Shown in pieces: positions 1 through 14,555 of a stretch of DNA of 64,000 bases. This stretch comes from Adineta vaga (taxonomy: Eukaryota; Animalia; Rotifera), in NCBI GenBank assembly GCA_021613535.1, contig CP075493.1, positions 17,050,001 through 17,114,000 of the forward strand, read 5' to 3'. The stretch's first letter is position 1. The number at the start of each line of letters is the position of its first letter. A program made the position numbers and the translations under genes. The notes beneath the pieces were generated by a model. The model saw only the letters and a list, made by a program, of their open reading frames with translations. It made no database searches and was not told the origin of the DNA.

Positions 1-2
1 TT

Positions 3-677
3 TTATCTCATGAAAATGCACGAAATATTTTTGAGAAAATTCTTTCTTCAACTCATCCAACATTGGCAACTTGTTATAATAATATTGGTGATGTGTATCG
101 AGATCAAAATGATTACTCAAATGCAATTCTATTTTATGAAAAATCATTAGCAATTCGTGAAAAGATTTTTCCATCAGTTCATCCATGTATCGGTCAATCT
201 TATAATAATTTTGGTAAAGTATATAAATGTACAAAACAATTTTCCAAGGCATTATTATTCTTCGAAAAAGCGTGTCCAATTTTAGAAGAAATCTTTTCAT
301 CGAAAGGTCTCATTTTGGCTATTCTATATAACAATATAAGTGAAATACATCGAATGATGAAAGATAATCAAAAAGCACTTTTTTATGCGGAAAAATCATT
401 TGAAATCGCGAAAAATCTTTCTTCAGATAATCATTCTGAATTCATTGATATTTTGAAAAATATTGCTTTAGTTTATTCCAATGTGAATGATTATTCACAA
501 GCTCTTTTATACTTTAACTATGCATTCGATAAATTACAATGTTTATTACCTGCGGATCAAAACCAACCTCAACATCTAAAAAAACTTATTGAAACGACGG
601 AAAACAATATAAAAATGATCTGTTTCAATTTCAAAAATACAACTGACTTTTTTGCGATGCTTTCTTCCTATATCTGA
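3..677 (+). CDS. C-terminal part of a TPR-repeat protein (gene starts before the window)
   Basis: Frame is open from the window start. Kinesin-light-chain-type TPR repeats (LATCYNNIGDVY...ALLFFEKA, SYNNFGKVY). Confidence 0.85.
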   Translation, partial: LSHENARNIFEKILSSTHPTLATCYNNIGDVYRDQNDYSNAILFYEKSLAIREKIFPSVHPCIGQSYNNFGKVYKCTKQFSKALLFFEKACPILEEIFSSKGLILAILYNNISEIHRMMKDNQKALFYAEKSFEIAKNLSSDNHSEFIDILKNIALVYSNVNDYSQALLYFNYAFDKLQCLLPADQNQPQHLKKLIETTENNIKMICFNFKNTTDFFAMLSSYI

Positions 678-750
678 CATTAATTCTATTCACAATTTGA
701 AAACGTAATTGTAACTTTGTTCACCAGTAGAGACGTCATTCCTAATAACA

Positions 751-823
751 TGAGGGTGTGGGTGTGGGTGTGGGATGAACACTAGCTAATCATCTACACC
801 CACACCCCGGTGTCCTCATAAGA
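751..823. repeat. Head-to-head telomere-repeat junction element A
   Basis: TGAGGG(TGTGGG)3, about 20 nt spacer, then ACACCCACACCCC...CCTCATAAGA. Lies 74 nt after the TPR stop codon. Confidence 0.8.
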
Positions 824-2944
824 TGTGTATCATGTTTTAACATACGCCTTGTCAGAACAATGTCAATAAAAAAGTTATCAGCTATCACGATTCAATACCA
901 TCGCTGAAGATCATTCAATACATACATCACTATAGTTTGAGCATGGCCAAGACTTGCCATGGAATCTTGTTGATCGATGTTGATTATATAATTCCAGATG
1001 TATCCATTGATAGCCGCCAGCTCATAAACTTTGACGCTTCACTTGCGCGCTTTTTCAAGAATATATTGTTTGAACGAAAGCCTAGCTTGGTTCGAATTTT
1101 TGTTGCTGTTTCTCGAAAAATGCCAAAACTTGAGGAGCAACTCAAATTTCTCTCTCGACATAGAATTTTGAATGATCTCTGATATGTGCAACTGACTGCT
1201 ACTCTAGCAATGGCTCAGTTTCGGCATTTGTACCAACTCTATCTGAATAATAATTTCAAGAAACTCGAGCATCTCTTGATCAGTGATTGATGTTTTCATT
1301 GACTCTGTTGGGCCTTTCAACAGGACTTAATATGTCATATCATACGGTCTCTCAGCTGTTAAAACATTTGTTCAAACCAAATTGGCACTTAACCTTCTTT
1401 TTTAAACTTTCGTTTTAATTATCTCAGTAGAATTAATAGTGAAATTCGTCATTTTTATGGACATTTTGTATTCGAACGGAAGGTCATGATCAAATTTTGA
1501 AAACTGATGGTTTCAGTTCAGTCTCGATACTTTAATCTCACATGTGGATGACTCTTTTTGATGCTCCGTTCGTGAGATCATGTTCTTTAAAAATCACAAA
1601 TTTAGATGCATATGGACGATAGAAACAAATAAAGAAAACAAAAAACTCGCGACGAACTACTAAAGAGTGCCTTCGCACCGAAAAATCGGAAAGTTCCGCT
1701 CTCTTATCTTATATGTACTATCCGCATGATGTGAAAGAACGCAAAAGTAATTTCAGGAATTTCTCATATGATCGCTAAAAATCACTTATTATGTGATGTA
1801 ACAAAGAAGAGAACAATGAATAAACAGCGGGAGACAATAAAAAAAAAGTCACTAAGTGCATTTGTTAGAAGTTATTTCTTTACAAAAAATGAATATTTCG
1901 AAGAAGTTTCGAAGAAAACTGAACCATGATGTATGGGTTAATGTTGTTTTAACGTAAAGTTTAAAGTTCATCCAAATTTAAACAACATTGATCAATACAA
2001 TTCAGCACTATTAAAAAACGTCATACTACCAATTCCACCAGTTACTAATACTTTTCCATTTGATAATATGGATGCTGAATGACGTGCTCGAGCAGCATTC
2101 ATATATCCTGTTATTGTCCATCCTAAGAAAAATTAATGAACACAACAATATACAGAATTACTTAAAATGATATCATTTCACGAGCCTATTTTACGCTTAA
2201 ATAAAGCAAAAAACCATTTTAACTGCTATGCTTTAAAATGTCGTCTCTTATATTAATGTAAGTTTATATGTGTGTAAATTGATTGAAATAAATCTTCTTA
2301 ACCAATTAACAAAGAAAAGATTAAAATGAATTTACATGAATTAATTGTAAATTAATGAATAAATATTCATTTGAATTTGATTTATGATTTCATAGAAGTA
2401 AAAAAAACATTTTTTAAATATAAATAACCACTGAATGAAATTTTCTTTATATACAAGTGTTCTTCTGTTACGATAGGATTTGTTTTAATCGAGATTGGAA
2501 TTGGGATTTAGAGGCATTTCTTAACATTTTTAGTTGATTTTTCTATTGAATTTTTCTAAAATGAATTAGTCACTTCTAAACAAAGGAATTGTGTCATATT
2601 CAAATATGTTTTTCAAAATTTCATATCTTAATATCTATATTCTCTTAACTAAAATTGACACGCATGCAATTATAACATATGTTTTTTCTATAATTGAACT
2701 CTATCAAGAAAAATCAAGTGACGAATCATTGACTATTAACTTAGAAAAGGTAAAAACGCGAATGAGTCTATTTCAGTATTATCTAAATTATCAAATCGAG
2801 CTAATTGACCGAAGATATATACGGTTGGATTTTTCCAACGTTCAATTTTTCTCGATTAGAGATATTGTAGAGTTGAAGGATGCAGATGCGAGTGGAGTGT
2901 ACATTTTCCCTATATCTAACATCATCAATAAATGTTGATTCTCA

Positions 2945-3362
2945 CCTCTTTTACAATAATTCGTAAGCAACAGAGGTAAACATACAGGTGATAGTGAACA
3001 ACATGAATTAATAATACATATGGAATTGTTTGATGCGCAACTATATGTCACATTATCACATACTTCTAAAAATGAACATTGAATAGCAGGAGCACAATAA
3101 CTAATATTGTTTATTGTTAGATAATTGAAACAATAAGGTGTTAGTAACAAAGAACAAGTTTGATTATCAATTGAAGTTACATTACATTGTTGTAAAGAAC
3201 AACTTGATGCTGGATTTGATGCAGAATGATTTGCTGTTGATAATTCAAATTTGACAGTGATATTATTTTCATAACAAGAATAATCAGATGATGCGCTAGT
3301 AAAACCTATAGAAAACAAATTTCGAGGATGAAAATAAGAACGACGGGTGTAATCAATCGCAT
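2945..3362 (-). pseudogene. Secreted Cys-rich protein, frameshifted in the signal peptide
   Basis: ATG at 3362 gives MRLITPVVLIFILEICF, then a frameshift into SIGFTSA and a Cys-rich body (CSLQQC...YCAPAIQCSFLEVC...CIINSCC...VCLP). Confidence 0.55.
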
Positions 3363-3376
3363 GACGTTTTATGAAA

Positions 3377-3458
3377 TCTTGAGGGTGTGGGTGTATACGA
3401 TCGTTGGTTAAGATAGAATCCTTTTTCACACTCACACCAACACCTTCACTCTCACACT
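3377..3458. repeat. Telomere-repeat junction element B
   Basis: TCTTGAGGGTGTGGGTGT ... CACACTCACACCAACACC. Confidence 0.75.
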
Positions 3459-3639
3459 GTACGAGTAAAATACTTGAGTAGCGCCTTCCCCTCTCCCTTT
3501 GCATATATCTAATTATTATCAATCAATCGTCATAGAATATACTCCAATGTAAATTATTAGTTGAATCAAATGAATTAAAATGTGAAAATATCGATTCTAT
3601 ATTTTCAATTCATTATATCGTGAATTAATAATTAAAGTT

Positions 3640-3924
3640 CAATCTAAAACTGTTGTTGTAAGTTATTGTCGACGTTCCAATATCTCATATTCTCTTTGTC
3701 TAACATTATCATTAATCTGTCCATAATTTTCAATAGTAAAACTATATAACATTTATAATTCCAACAACTATAAAAACAAGTGCAAAAGCTTTATTTCCTT
3801 TTGAACTTAAAAGATTAAAATCCTAAAATAAAACAAAAAAGAAACAGAATTTAATTAAATTTGAAAATCTCTTAACTTGTTCAACAGCCATAATAAAAAT
3901 TAATAAAAGACAAGTACCAAGAAT
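3640..3924 (-). pseudogene. Probable aquaglyceroporin (MIP) fragment, truncated at junction C
   Basis: QILGTCLLLIFIMAV / intron / DFNLLSSKGNKAFALVFIVVGI resembles GlpF/AQP3 TM4-TM5. No NPA motif is retained. Confidence 0.45.
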
Positions 3925-3970
3925 TTGAGGGTGTGGATGATTCTCTTCTCTTTACCCTCACCCACACCCT
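3925..3970. repeat. Telomere-repeat junction element C
   Basis: TTGAGGGTGTGG-ATGATTCTCTTCTCTTTA-CCCTCACCCACACCCT. Confidence 0.8.
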
Positions 3971-4049
3971 TTTTTATTACGTTAACATTCAATTTTACTG
4001 ATATTATACTTTTCAACAACAAAAAATAAGCGAAAGTTTTAAAATTTTG

Positions 4050-5599
4050 TTAAATGAGTTTAAAACGTTGCACTCGATGATTGTTATAATCGGTGACATA
4101 CAAATAAGTTTCATTGTAATTAAGAGCAATACCTCTTGGTGCATTTAACATTGTTGAATTTGAACCTAATCCGCCAGAACCTACGATCGTCACACCACTT
4201 GTTGCTCCTGGACTCCAACGTTGTATTCGATTATTAAACGTATCAGCAATGTAAATATCGCCTGTCTTCTTCGAAACACATACAGAATATGGAGTATTTA
4301 ACTGCTGATTTCCTGTTCCCAAACCATATCCACCAGCAACTGTAGTGATATTTATAGTACTACCTAAATAATAACGTTGTATTCGATGATTAGAAGCATC
4401 AGCAATGTAGAGATACGATTTGATTTCATCAAAGTAAAGACCAGCAGGTTGATAAACTTGGTCAGTACTGTTACCGGACACACCTGTACCGGCTACCATT
4501 GTACCAAATGTGGCATTTACAGCCCATTTCATTACTCGATGAGTTGTAAAATCACTCACATAAACATTTCCCATTGAATCAACAGTAATACCATTTGGTT
4601 CTCGAAAAGTACTTGCAGTACTTCCTTGAGAACCACTACCAGCTACTTTAATTCCAACTGTTGCATTTTTACGCCATAACATTACTCGATAATTATCATT
4701 ATCAACTACATAAATATTTGATGATGAATCAACAAATAAATCAAGTGGGATCTTCAGTTGACCAGCGCTATTACCTGCTATACCTGTGCCAGCAATGGTC
4801 GTTCCTACTAATGATCCTTCTTGTAATTTGATCACTCTATTATTATTATAATCACTAACATAAATCGATTCATCAATGCCTATTCCTATTCCCCATGGAT
4901 AATTAAGAGCAGTAAGATCATTTCCTGCCGTTCCATTGCCATAACCTCCGACTGTAATACCATTTTGCAGAGATGTAGCTTTAAAACAAATTAAAAAATT
5001 GTTTCAAATTATAGGAATAAGTATCATCTCACACGTCAATACATACGTCCACATTGTTTTCGTGGTAAGCATGTGTAATTTCTATCCAAACGACATTCTT
5101 TTACATTGTTACACTTAGCTCCAACGAATTTTTGACTTTGACATATAAGTCCATTGAAAAATGTATTTGCTTGACATTGACAAGTAGAATTAATGCAAAT
5201 CAAATAACGACTACCTTCACAAAATGAACAAGAACGTCCGTGATGAATAAAATGTTCTGAATCTAACTGAATTAATCCAACATATGAATGAGAAAATGAA
5301 GAAATAACAATAGAACCCATCGTAATTATATCACCCTCGAAAATACGACAACGATCAGTTTGATCATCATAATCAAATATTCGACAATGTACTGTTGAAT
5401 GACAGATTTTTGTACAAGATTGAATTGAACTTGTATTGATTTTGAACAAAAGAAGAGCTTCTTCATCGATAGGAACAAATTCAAGACCATTATTTGATAA
5501 AATTATCGTTGATTGCCAACCAATTGAGATACTTTGTAGTTCTAACACATTCCAATAGAAGAAAGGAATAATGAATGGAAAATAATAACTAAAGATCAT
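4050..5599 (-). CDS. Secreted PAN/Apple-like + Cys-rich + NHL-repeat beta-propeller protein (2 exons, intron about 4980-5047)
   Basis: Signal-like N-terminus; CTKICHSTVHCRIFDYD (PAN-like); NHL repeats (PxGIxVDxxGNxYVxDxxNHRV). Confidence 0.85.
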
Positions 5600-5893
5600 T
5601 CTATAATAGAATTTCCCAAATAGTGTTAGAATATTAAGAAATTCAAAATCAAAATTTGAACATGAACGTTGTTTCTTTATAACTGTAGTGTTCTGATGAA
5701 CTAAAAAAAGTTTATTTTGAACTAAAAAATATAATTATGTTTTGTTTTATTATTGAGTGTGTCAAATGCTCTGACGGAATAGTAAAGGAAATTCATTTAT
5801 TTCCCACAAAATTATTCTCGGAAATATGTAAAAGTGCGTGACAGTTGATTATATTTTACAGTTGTATTTCTTTTCGTTGCACTTATAATCATT

Positions 5894-8005
5894 TCATTTC
5901 ATTTTTATATCTGAGTGCAAACTAAGTGCAATGCAACAGAAATAACAGAAATATAAAATTAAAAGGAATTTGTTTATGATGACTATTTTAATCGTTTGAT
6001 AATGTTGAATAATTGGATAAATTCCAACAATAATAAACGAAATTATTAACCAAACTATTCCAAAACAAATCCAAAAAGTAAAAAATATTCCATTAAATAT
6101 ATGATTTACCATAAAGAGGCCATGGCCAAATAATAGTTAAACATATTACTATTCCAATTGCTAATAAACGCACATATCGAGAATTTTCTTTGATATAATT
6201 AATTCCACGTTCTATATCTTCAATAGTCACTTTATTTGGATTTGGTAAATCATCATCAATTAATTTTATTTCTTTTAATGATACAAAATCATATGGAACT
6301 TAATTCATCTATGGTTTATTATATAACTAAACAGAGGAATGAATACTATTGGACTAAATAATGCAACAAGATTTCCAACAAGCATCGATAGATCTGATCC
6401 AGTTGATTCAATATCTATTTTTCCAAAAACATATTTAGCTGTTAATAACCATGATATTATCGAACAGATGAAACCCAATGGTGGTGAAAGACAAGTAGCT
6501 AATTTATTTTGTTTATTCCACAAAAGTATTAATACACTTGGTAAAACAGCACTCGAGATAATAATTCTCATCATTCTATATAAATATCCTAAACTTATTG
6601 AAATATAATATAAACCAATGGATAAAATACTCATAATTAAAGTAAAAATTAATAAAGATAATACGGAAATATAAAATAATTTTTTTTCCGATGCATTTGG
6701 ATTGAATTAAGTTCGATAAATATCAAATGTAACTATTAATCCAACGGAAATTAATTGTGCAGACATAGCGCTTGTACACATGCTAAATAGATCATGAGAA
6801 AACTTAATATACTTCCACTTTTTTCAAGTAAAACAATTGCAGCTGATGGTAATGTTAATCCAGAAGTAACATCATCTTCACTTAATCGATTTGGATACGT
6901 TGGAAATGCAGGTTGATCTTCAAGTGTAATGACAACAATACCCATTGTTGTACCAGTAAGAAATAGTATTGCAAACCATGCTATACCACCAAGAATATAA
7001 CCAAGTACAGCTGATGTTGAAGAAGCAGCAATAACTTTATTATAATATCTATTATCAAGAAAAACTGTACCAAAATTGCCAATTAAATTGATAATGAAAA
7101 ACATTAAACCATCACAAGATTTGATTGTTAAATAAGAATCTTGAAAATTTCCATCAAATGGATGAATTAAACTTGCATTCATAAGTAAATCATAGATTTT
7201 TGAAAATGAACCCAACAAAGGTCATGTTTGATATGTTGTTAATGAAAAAAAGAATATTATAATGATAATTGTTACTGTATGAACATAATTTGTTAGAAAT
7301 GTTGTTTTTGTTCCTCCAACTATTGTATAAATTATTGTTCCTAATGGTATTAACCCTTATACTCCCACCCTTCGTTTTGCAGCTTTTTTGGACATTAATA
7401 ACCTATACTGATATATCCCTATAAGGCCATCTGTCTCATCCAAAAATCCCACCTATAATTTAAAACTTGCTATTGTTCCATCCTCAAGTCTTCCCTCTGG
7501 CGTAGGTGCTTTGTATTCGCTCTCTATAAACGGTTCATACATATCCTACACTGACCCACATTCATAGTAGTATTGTCGATCTCATTTCGGAACTTTCTAA
7601 AAAAATATAAACCAAAAAAAATTTCATCATGCAGTTACATTTACTACTAATTGGGTCAAAAATGTCCCAGGCTGGGAGTATAAGGGTTAACAGACAAACA
7701 GTAATAATATTCATTCCACATAAAGAATGAATAACAGCTGAACAACCTGTTAATAACAATAATGTAACAATAATATTGGCAAATAAGAAAAATATAATAA
7801 ATATCCAATGACCTAAACGACCATATCGTGCATGAATAACTTCTAAATATGTATGAGCAAATGGTGCACGACGTTTAAATTCAATTACAATGATTGAAAA
7901 TAAGATAATTTGAATTGTTGCACCATTTGCATACCAAAATGCGCCAGATATTCCATATAAATAAGTGACAGATGTTGATTGTGATAATGGAAATGTTGTA
8001 AACAT
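5894..8005 (-). pseudogene. DUR3: Urea active transporter DUR3 (sodium:solute symporter family) pseudogene
   Basis: YGISGAFWYANGATIQIILF...KRRAPFAHTYLEVIHARYG; GNFGTVFLDNRYYNK; YILGGIAWFAI; WPWPLYG. Several frameshifts and a piggyBac MITE insertion. Confidence 0.85.
7354..7686. mobile_element. piggyBac-type MITE inserted in DUR3
   Basis: 14-bp TIR CCCTTATACTCCCA/TGGGAGTATAAGGG with TTAA on both sides. Removal restores [18 protein letters not shown]. Confidence 0.9.
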
Positions 8006-8643
8006 TGTTGTTTTGTCTAAAATAAATCAAACTTTCACTTACGTTGATCTTTATAGCAGAAAAAATGAAAGTGCGTCAATTCTTTACATTATATCTATGA
8101 AATGTCAGGAAATCTATTCTCTTTCAAATTTTCTGAAGCGAAGAAAAAAAAACAAATTATATTTTTAATATTTTATTCTGTTTAGTAATCATCAGAAGAG
8201 GAAAAGTCAGACATTTTGATTCAAGATATAATGGTTGTATATCCTGTATTTGTTAAACATGTCATTATCTTTAAAGATCAGGTTTTATTTTATGCATAGA
8301 AACAATACTTCATTTGGATGTAAATGAACTGCTGTATATTAAAAAACGACTATAAATAATTCATTAATGTCGATCTTTTCTTGTCTATTTTTTTCATAAA
8401 AAACAAACAATTCTAGTGTCAGATTTTAAAAGACGTAAGAGAATTATCTCAAGTAGAATCAGTCAAGAACGTTCTACTTATAATTACCTTTTCCTGTTTT
8501 TCTAACTATGGCATTCTTCATACATAATCTTAATGTTTACACAGAAATTATTTCGACTAAATAATCATCAATGAATATAAGAGAAAAAGTCAAAGTTTCT
8601 GAAATGACCTTTCATTTTTTAGTACTTGTTTGGGCGCTAGGCT

Positions 8644-9057
8644 AAAGTGTCGCAAGACAAAACGTCGCGGACATATCGTTGAGGACATAACAGACATGGG
8701 CAAGTCATTTTTACGCTATTTTGAAATCTTTCGTGATTTCATTTTGAGCAAAATATATGACTCTCATTCCAACGTAGTTCTGTTCAGAAATACTCAGGCT
8801 ACAAAATGATGTATTCGCGACATATTTTTTTCTGTATCAGACGTACTACGATATCCCATTTAAGAAATTACTTGACTTGATTTTCAATTCAAGTTATTTT
8901 GCCAAGTCGTCGCTTGAAAAAATCGAAAAAATGACTTGCCCATGTCTGGGACATAATGTCGCGGACAAATGGTTGTGGAGAGAATGTTACATGGACAAAT
9001 CGTTGCAGGAACAAAATGTCGCATAAACAGATAGTTACAGGGATAAAGTGTTGCAAC
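8644..9057. repeat. Degenerate 14-15 bp minisatellite (GGACAAAATGTCGC-like), interrupted by the hAT MITE
   Basis: Repeated gaca(a/t)aa(c/t)gtcgc(g) units on both sides of the MITE. Confidence 0.6.
8691..8948. mobile_element. hAT-type MITE
   Basis: 21-bp TIR CAGACATGGGCAAGTCATTTT and 8-bp TSD GGACATAA. Confidence 0.9.
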
Positions 9058-9814
9058 GAAAATATATTATATAGACGCAATTACACTTACAGATCCTCTG
9101 ACAGAAATTGAGTGCTTCTCGTAAATATTTGAATCAATGAGAGAATTAGAGAAATTAATCAACTTATCTTGTAATTAAGGAAGCGGATTCTCCTTAATTA
9201 AAACAAGGAGCATTTTCTTTGAGATGGATTGTTCTATTTGATATAGATATTAACTAATAGCCTAATTAGCTTTTGACTCTTTCGAGTTAATTATTATGTC
9301 AGAATAAGTCATATTCGCTTACGCTTTATAGGTACAGTAGACAGACAATACAAAAGCACAAAAGCGTTTGAAATAGACATGTTGTTTTTCAAAACTGTGA
9401 TCGATCGATAACTTAAGTATATTTACAAACAATGAAATAGTACAGATATAAATCTGCCAGAAATCGACTTATTCAATTAAGTGCTTTTAGTAATTCATCA
9501 ATCTTATCTGTAAATTGTTCAATTATGAATATCTTCAGACTATATTCAATCATATTATAAAACAATATTATCTACCAATCCAAAATTGGAATTACTGGAA
9601 TATAAATAAAAATATTTCTTCTCGACTATCACATAACTACATATATAATATATAAAACTGAAAAGAAAAGCAAAGATGACTATATATTTCATCTTGACCA
9701 ATAGAAAAAAAAGTATTCTTGTGATATTGATCAATTATGATTGGAGTATTTATATAATGACCTACATAAATTGAAACAATTCATTGATGTTTCTATACAG
9801 AATAACTTCTTAAA

Positions 9815-12019
9815 ATGAATATTTCAAAATTTGAATCCTTACCAACTGAATTATATTTATCAATATTTAGTTATTTATCATCTTTTGATGTATTCAATGC
9901 TGTTTTTCATATTAATAATAAACGTTTTCAACAAATTCTTCATTGTCAATCATTTATATTCAATACAAAATTCATATCATATTTAAAAATGAAGCAAATC
10001 TTGAACACATCAAATTATTTTCTTCTTGTAACAACAATTATTCTAGATCATTCAGATTCTTGTCGAGCTTTTTATAGATATTGGAGAAAGAATTCTTCGA
10101 TACTGATAACACCAAAACTCGAACGATTAATTGTCAAGAAAATGGAATCTTTTCGATATAGTTTTGTTGAATCTCCATTAACATCATTATCATATGGAAA
10201 ATCATTAAAACATCTTCATGTCATATTTCGTCATACATGTTCTGATTCATTATATATATTCTTGATTAATAATTTAATAAAAGCACAAATTTCATTTCAT
10301 ACAATGATATTTGAAATGGAAAAAGGTATGTAGAAAAAGTATAGAAATATTATTTAGATTTTTAAAGAAATTTATTTAGATTCATATTATGCTGAACGCT
10401 ATCCGTCTTCTTTAATTGAATTAAAAAACCTTCAATGGTCGAATACTGTACAACTATCTTTAATTGTTCAATTTCCATTTGAAATTCTATTTATTCTTCG
10501 AAAATCTGCTATACCATATCTCGAATATTTATATATAACTATTGAACAGGAACAATTGAATACAAAATCATATTCAGATAAACTATCAATTGAATTGCAA
10601 TTTTGTGAAAATCATATTCGTCAAATGACTGATGCAAGTCGACTTCAAACTCTTATATTACGTCATTTATCTCATGATAAAGTAACAATTTTAATTCGTT
10701 CTCTCAATATGCCTCTTTTAAAAAAATTAATACTTGTTGAAATATTTGATGAAAGTGAGTTATATTTAGATATAAGAATTAAAATCTAATTTCTTTTGAT
10801 TTTTAGCACTTAGACATTATGAAGAACTTCGTCAAATAGTTAATAATGAATATTTACCTTATTTAAAAGAACTTTATTTTCTTATTTATTTTCCTGAAAA
10901 TCTTTATCAAGAATTTCAAAAGAATATTATTAATAGATTGGATATGATATGGCCATTTCATAATCTTGCTTATCATATTGAAGATCAACTTGTTTGTTCT
11001 TATAATGTTTATCAAAAAACAAAACAAGTTATTCTTTTTTATACTTTTTCATTGGATATATTACTCAAATACACACGTACTATTCATAATCATTCATTTG
11101 CACAATATTCAAAACCGATTAATCGACATTGTATCAGATGGATGTGTAATCAAATAGATAATCTTATTCAATTAACAAATACATTTAATACATTGGCTAC
11201 TGACTATGTTGATATATTTGTTTTAGAATTTTATCAAATGCAAGTTAGTACATGATTGTTTAGAATATTTTGTTAGTATTGTTCAAAGAGAGGAAAAGAT
11301 ATATTCCAGGTTTTGATATCACCCAAAAGAATCGAAAAACATCTGCTTTTCTTCTTTTTTCTATTTGCATCGAAATACAATTCTCAATTATGAAAGTATA
11401 AAGGTGACAATGAATTGAATTACTTCTTTTATAAGATCTGAAAGAAATAATAAATTCAATTTTTTTTTAGAGATTTCTTCAAAATGATGAGTCGATGTCA
11501 TCATGGTCACGCATGCGCTTTCCTTGGTTACGTTCTGTGATTTTTAATTTTGAATATAATGTTATGAAACAATCAGATTGTGTTTATATTATTGATCAAA
11601 TACTTCGTAGTTCTCCTCGTCTTCAAAAACTTACTGTAGAATGGGAAGATCTACGTCTTTGTTCTTCTTCAAATAGAAATATCAAACATTTAAGTCTTTT
11701 AGTAAACGAAAGATGTCAAGATCCAACTGAATATATTAATATTGATTATCTTTTTCAATTATTACCTAATATTTCTTGTCTTGAAATTGGTCGAATTGAT
11801 TTATTATTTAATGAAGATTTCGTCAAATTTATTGTAAAAATTGTTGATACAATTATTAAACTTGTTCAGTTAGTTTTAAATAAAAATGGTTTAATACCAA
11901 TTGATCCAGAAATTCCAATTTTAATTCAACAAGAAATATTCAATACTGGAAATAAACGATTATTCAATTCACATATTTGTCAAATAACGTTTCCACGAAG
12001 AAATGAACTTCGAATTTAG
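9815..12019 (+). CDS. F-box/LRR-like protein, multi-exon (possibly slightly truncated at the C-terminus)
   Basis: N-terminal F-box FESLPTELYLSIFSYLS; LRR-like segments (SPRLQKLTVEW, LPNISCLEI); GT-AG introns. Confidence 0.75.
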
Positions 12020-14173
12020 TTATCATAGGCTTTTTTCTCATAGAAAATCAATTTAATATTAATTTTGTATATCTATTTTTTTTTGTTTATGAGAATATAG
12101 AAAATTATTTGTTGTCTCGTACGTTATTAATTAATCTCCTATAAATTTCTAAATGAGATAAGTTAAAAGTGATAGAATAACTTAATTTATCTATTTGTAG
12201 AAAGTCCTACATAAAATATCAATCGGATTTGACGTTCAAGAATATTTTTTATGTTGAAGATTATTTTCAATAAATAAACAAATTATTTTTATCTTCTTAT
12301 TGATGTTTTTTATTCTTATTAAGGTAATCGAAAATGATATTTACTTTTTCAACCATCATCAATAAACTTTTGCATTGCACATCTCGATGTCATCTTTATC
12401 GAGTGCTGTTTCCGTTTGACTCAATTTCGTTTGAAAACGATGAGATAAAGATACACAATAATTAATTAAATGGTCTGACGATGTAACAGTCAATTCAATA
12501 CCATTAATAGACTTTCCGTATTTTTTAAATTCACTACCGCATTGAATACAATGTTGGACAACACGTGTATTGAGACCTATACGAACAAAATAATAATTAT
12601 ATATAATTTGACTTTAAAAAAAAAGACGTTTTGAGAACGATTGAAAAGAAAACTTGGATTAAATCAATCTCTCATGAATATTGAAACTTTTTCTTAAATT
12701 CTTCGTAGTTTTAATGTACATGAATTTAAAAAAGTTTATTCTTTATCGAGATTTTTTCCTTCAACGCTATCAGGAAAACTGCTTTGTCATAATATACATC
12801 GATTATATCGTGAATAATTAATCTTTCCAATCAAATAATTGATTAGAATAAATTAGTATATTACATAAATTATTCGTTTTATTCTTATATCGATGAGGAT
12901 TATATTCAATAAAGCTTTCTCATAGAGAGAAGAATTAAAAATCTTGGCATATTATAAATATGTTCTCAGACACATTATTTGTACATAAATCAAGATAAAA
13001 ATTAACAATTATTTGTTATTTAAATGTTTTAAAAGTTAAATCAAGTCAGATTGAACTTGATATTTCTCGTATAATGAGGAAATTTAGATTTTTATGTAAA
13101 ACTCTATTTATCTGATAATTTTGAGAGAAAAATCAAAGAATTTTTTTAATTTTTTTCGCTATTAATCACCTTCAAGATATAGCTGGTCTTGCTCATGTTG
13201 GAAAAATTCAAACTACTAATGAAAAGTCTCTGATGTGAACAGTCATTTTTTTCACGTACCTGTTTGAGTTGGTGTTAGAGCAAATTCAATCTGATTGCTA
13301 TGAATCTTAAACACCATTAAACCGTTCAATAAATCCCATCCATTTATCTTTTTTACTCGTTGCAGTAAAACAATTGTTTGGTCGTTCAAGTTTTCTAAAT
13401 TGATGATGATGATGTCGACACTACATCAATCACCTTTTATTTGTTCTTCATTACCGGAATCCAGATTGAAGTTTGTATTAAGCAATTTAATATTTTTTAA
13501 AAAATCGCTATAATTTTGCAGTACCTCATCATTATCTACAAGATCTTCATCATCACGAGCTAAATCTTCTATTAAGTGTTGAAACTTTTGAAATCTTGAA
13601 GTGTTGGTCCCACCAAGAATATAATCAGCTCAAAATTTAATTAAAAAATAATTCATTAATTTTCCAATGATTGTAACTATTATGATTAATATCAATGAAA
13701 AGTGGAATTTCTACAAACAACAATAATTTTGATCCGTTCTATTTAGAAACAGGTTTTGCAATTCTTTCCTGCAATTTTCTGCAATAACTATGAAGTATAA
13801 TCAATTTCCTTTATCAAATTTATAATCAGTAAAATATTATTCTGTAGTATATTTCAAAACGATAATCTTACGTTATTTTATTCTTTGCTCCCTTCAAGAT
13901 AATATGTTCAATAACGTTTTTCAAGCAGAGTCGAACATTGTCTTTGGTGAATCTTTTGGGGAAAAATGCATCAGATCGATGTTCGACAAAAACTTTTTTT
14001 CCATTTCCAAGAAAGACAATAAAACATATGCAAGAACAAACACCTACAAGTGAGTTGAAAATAATATATTTAATAAGAATAAATATTAAATATTTATAAC
14101 TAAATTTCTTAGAACAAATTAAAACAAAATTAAATAAAAGCTTTCGTTATGATCATGACAAATGGAAGACCTA

Positions 14174-14555
14174 CAAGGGGGAAAAAGCGAAAAGTCGGTA
14201 CTCCAGTATACTCTTTGTACTCCCTCGGTAAGTTATCAGTATCCTTGAAATTTTTCTTAGTGTTTTCAAGTTCACCAGTGACCAGTGTTACAGTGCACCC
14301 GCTGGAGTACAATGTAACTAACACTAGCGAGCAGAAAGCCTCAAATACTCCAAAATACTCCAGTTTCGAAGTATCATGGAGTATTTGAACATTTCTATTC
14401 GCTAGGTTTATTTGCATTGTACTCCAGCGGGTGCACTGTAACACTGATCACCGGTGGACTTGAAAATACTGAAAAACCTCTCAAGAATACTCATAATTTA
14501 TCGCGGGAGTACAAAGAGTATACGGAAGTACCGACTTTTCGCTTTTTCCCCCTTG
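14174..14555. mobile_element. Foldback MITE with CAAGGGGGAAAAAGCG TIRs (copy 1)
   Basis: Long TIR beginning CAAGGGGGAAAAAGCGAAAAGTCGGTACT. A near-identical copy lies at 38046-38429 in the opposite orientation. TSD not resolved. Confidence 0.85.

Noticed and set aside
14130-14444. ORFs shared with 37937-38433
   Set aside because: They lie within two copies of a non-coding MITE.
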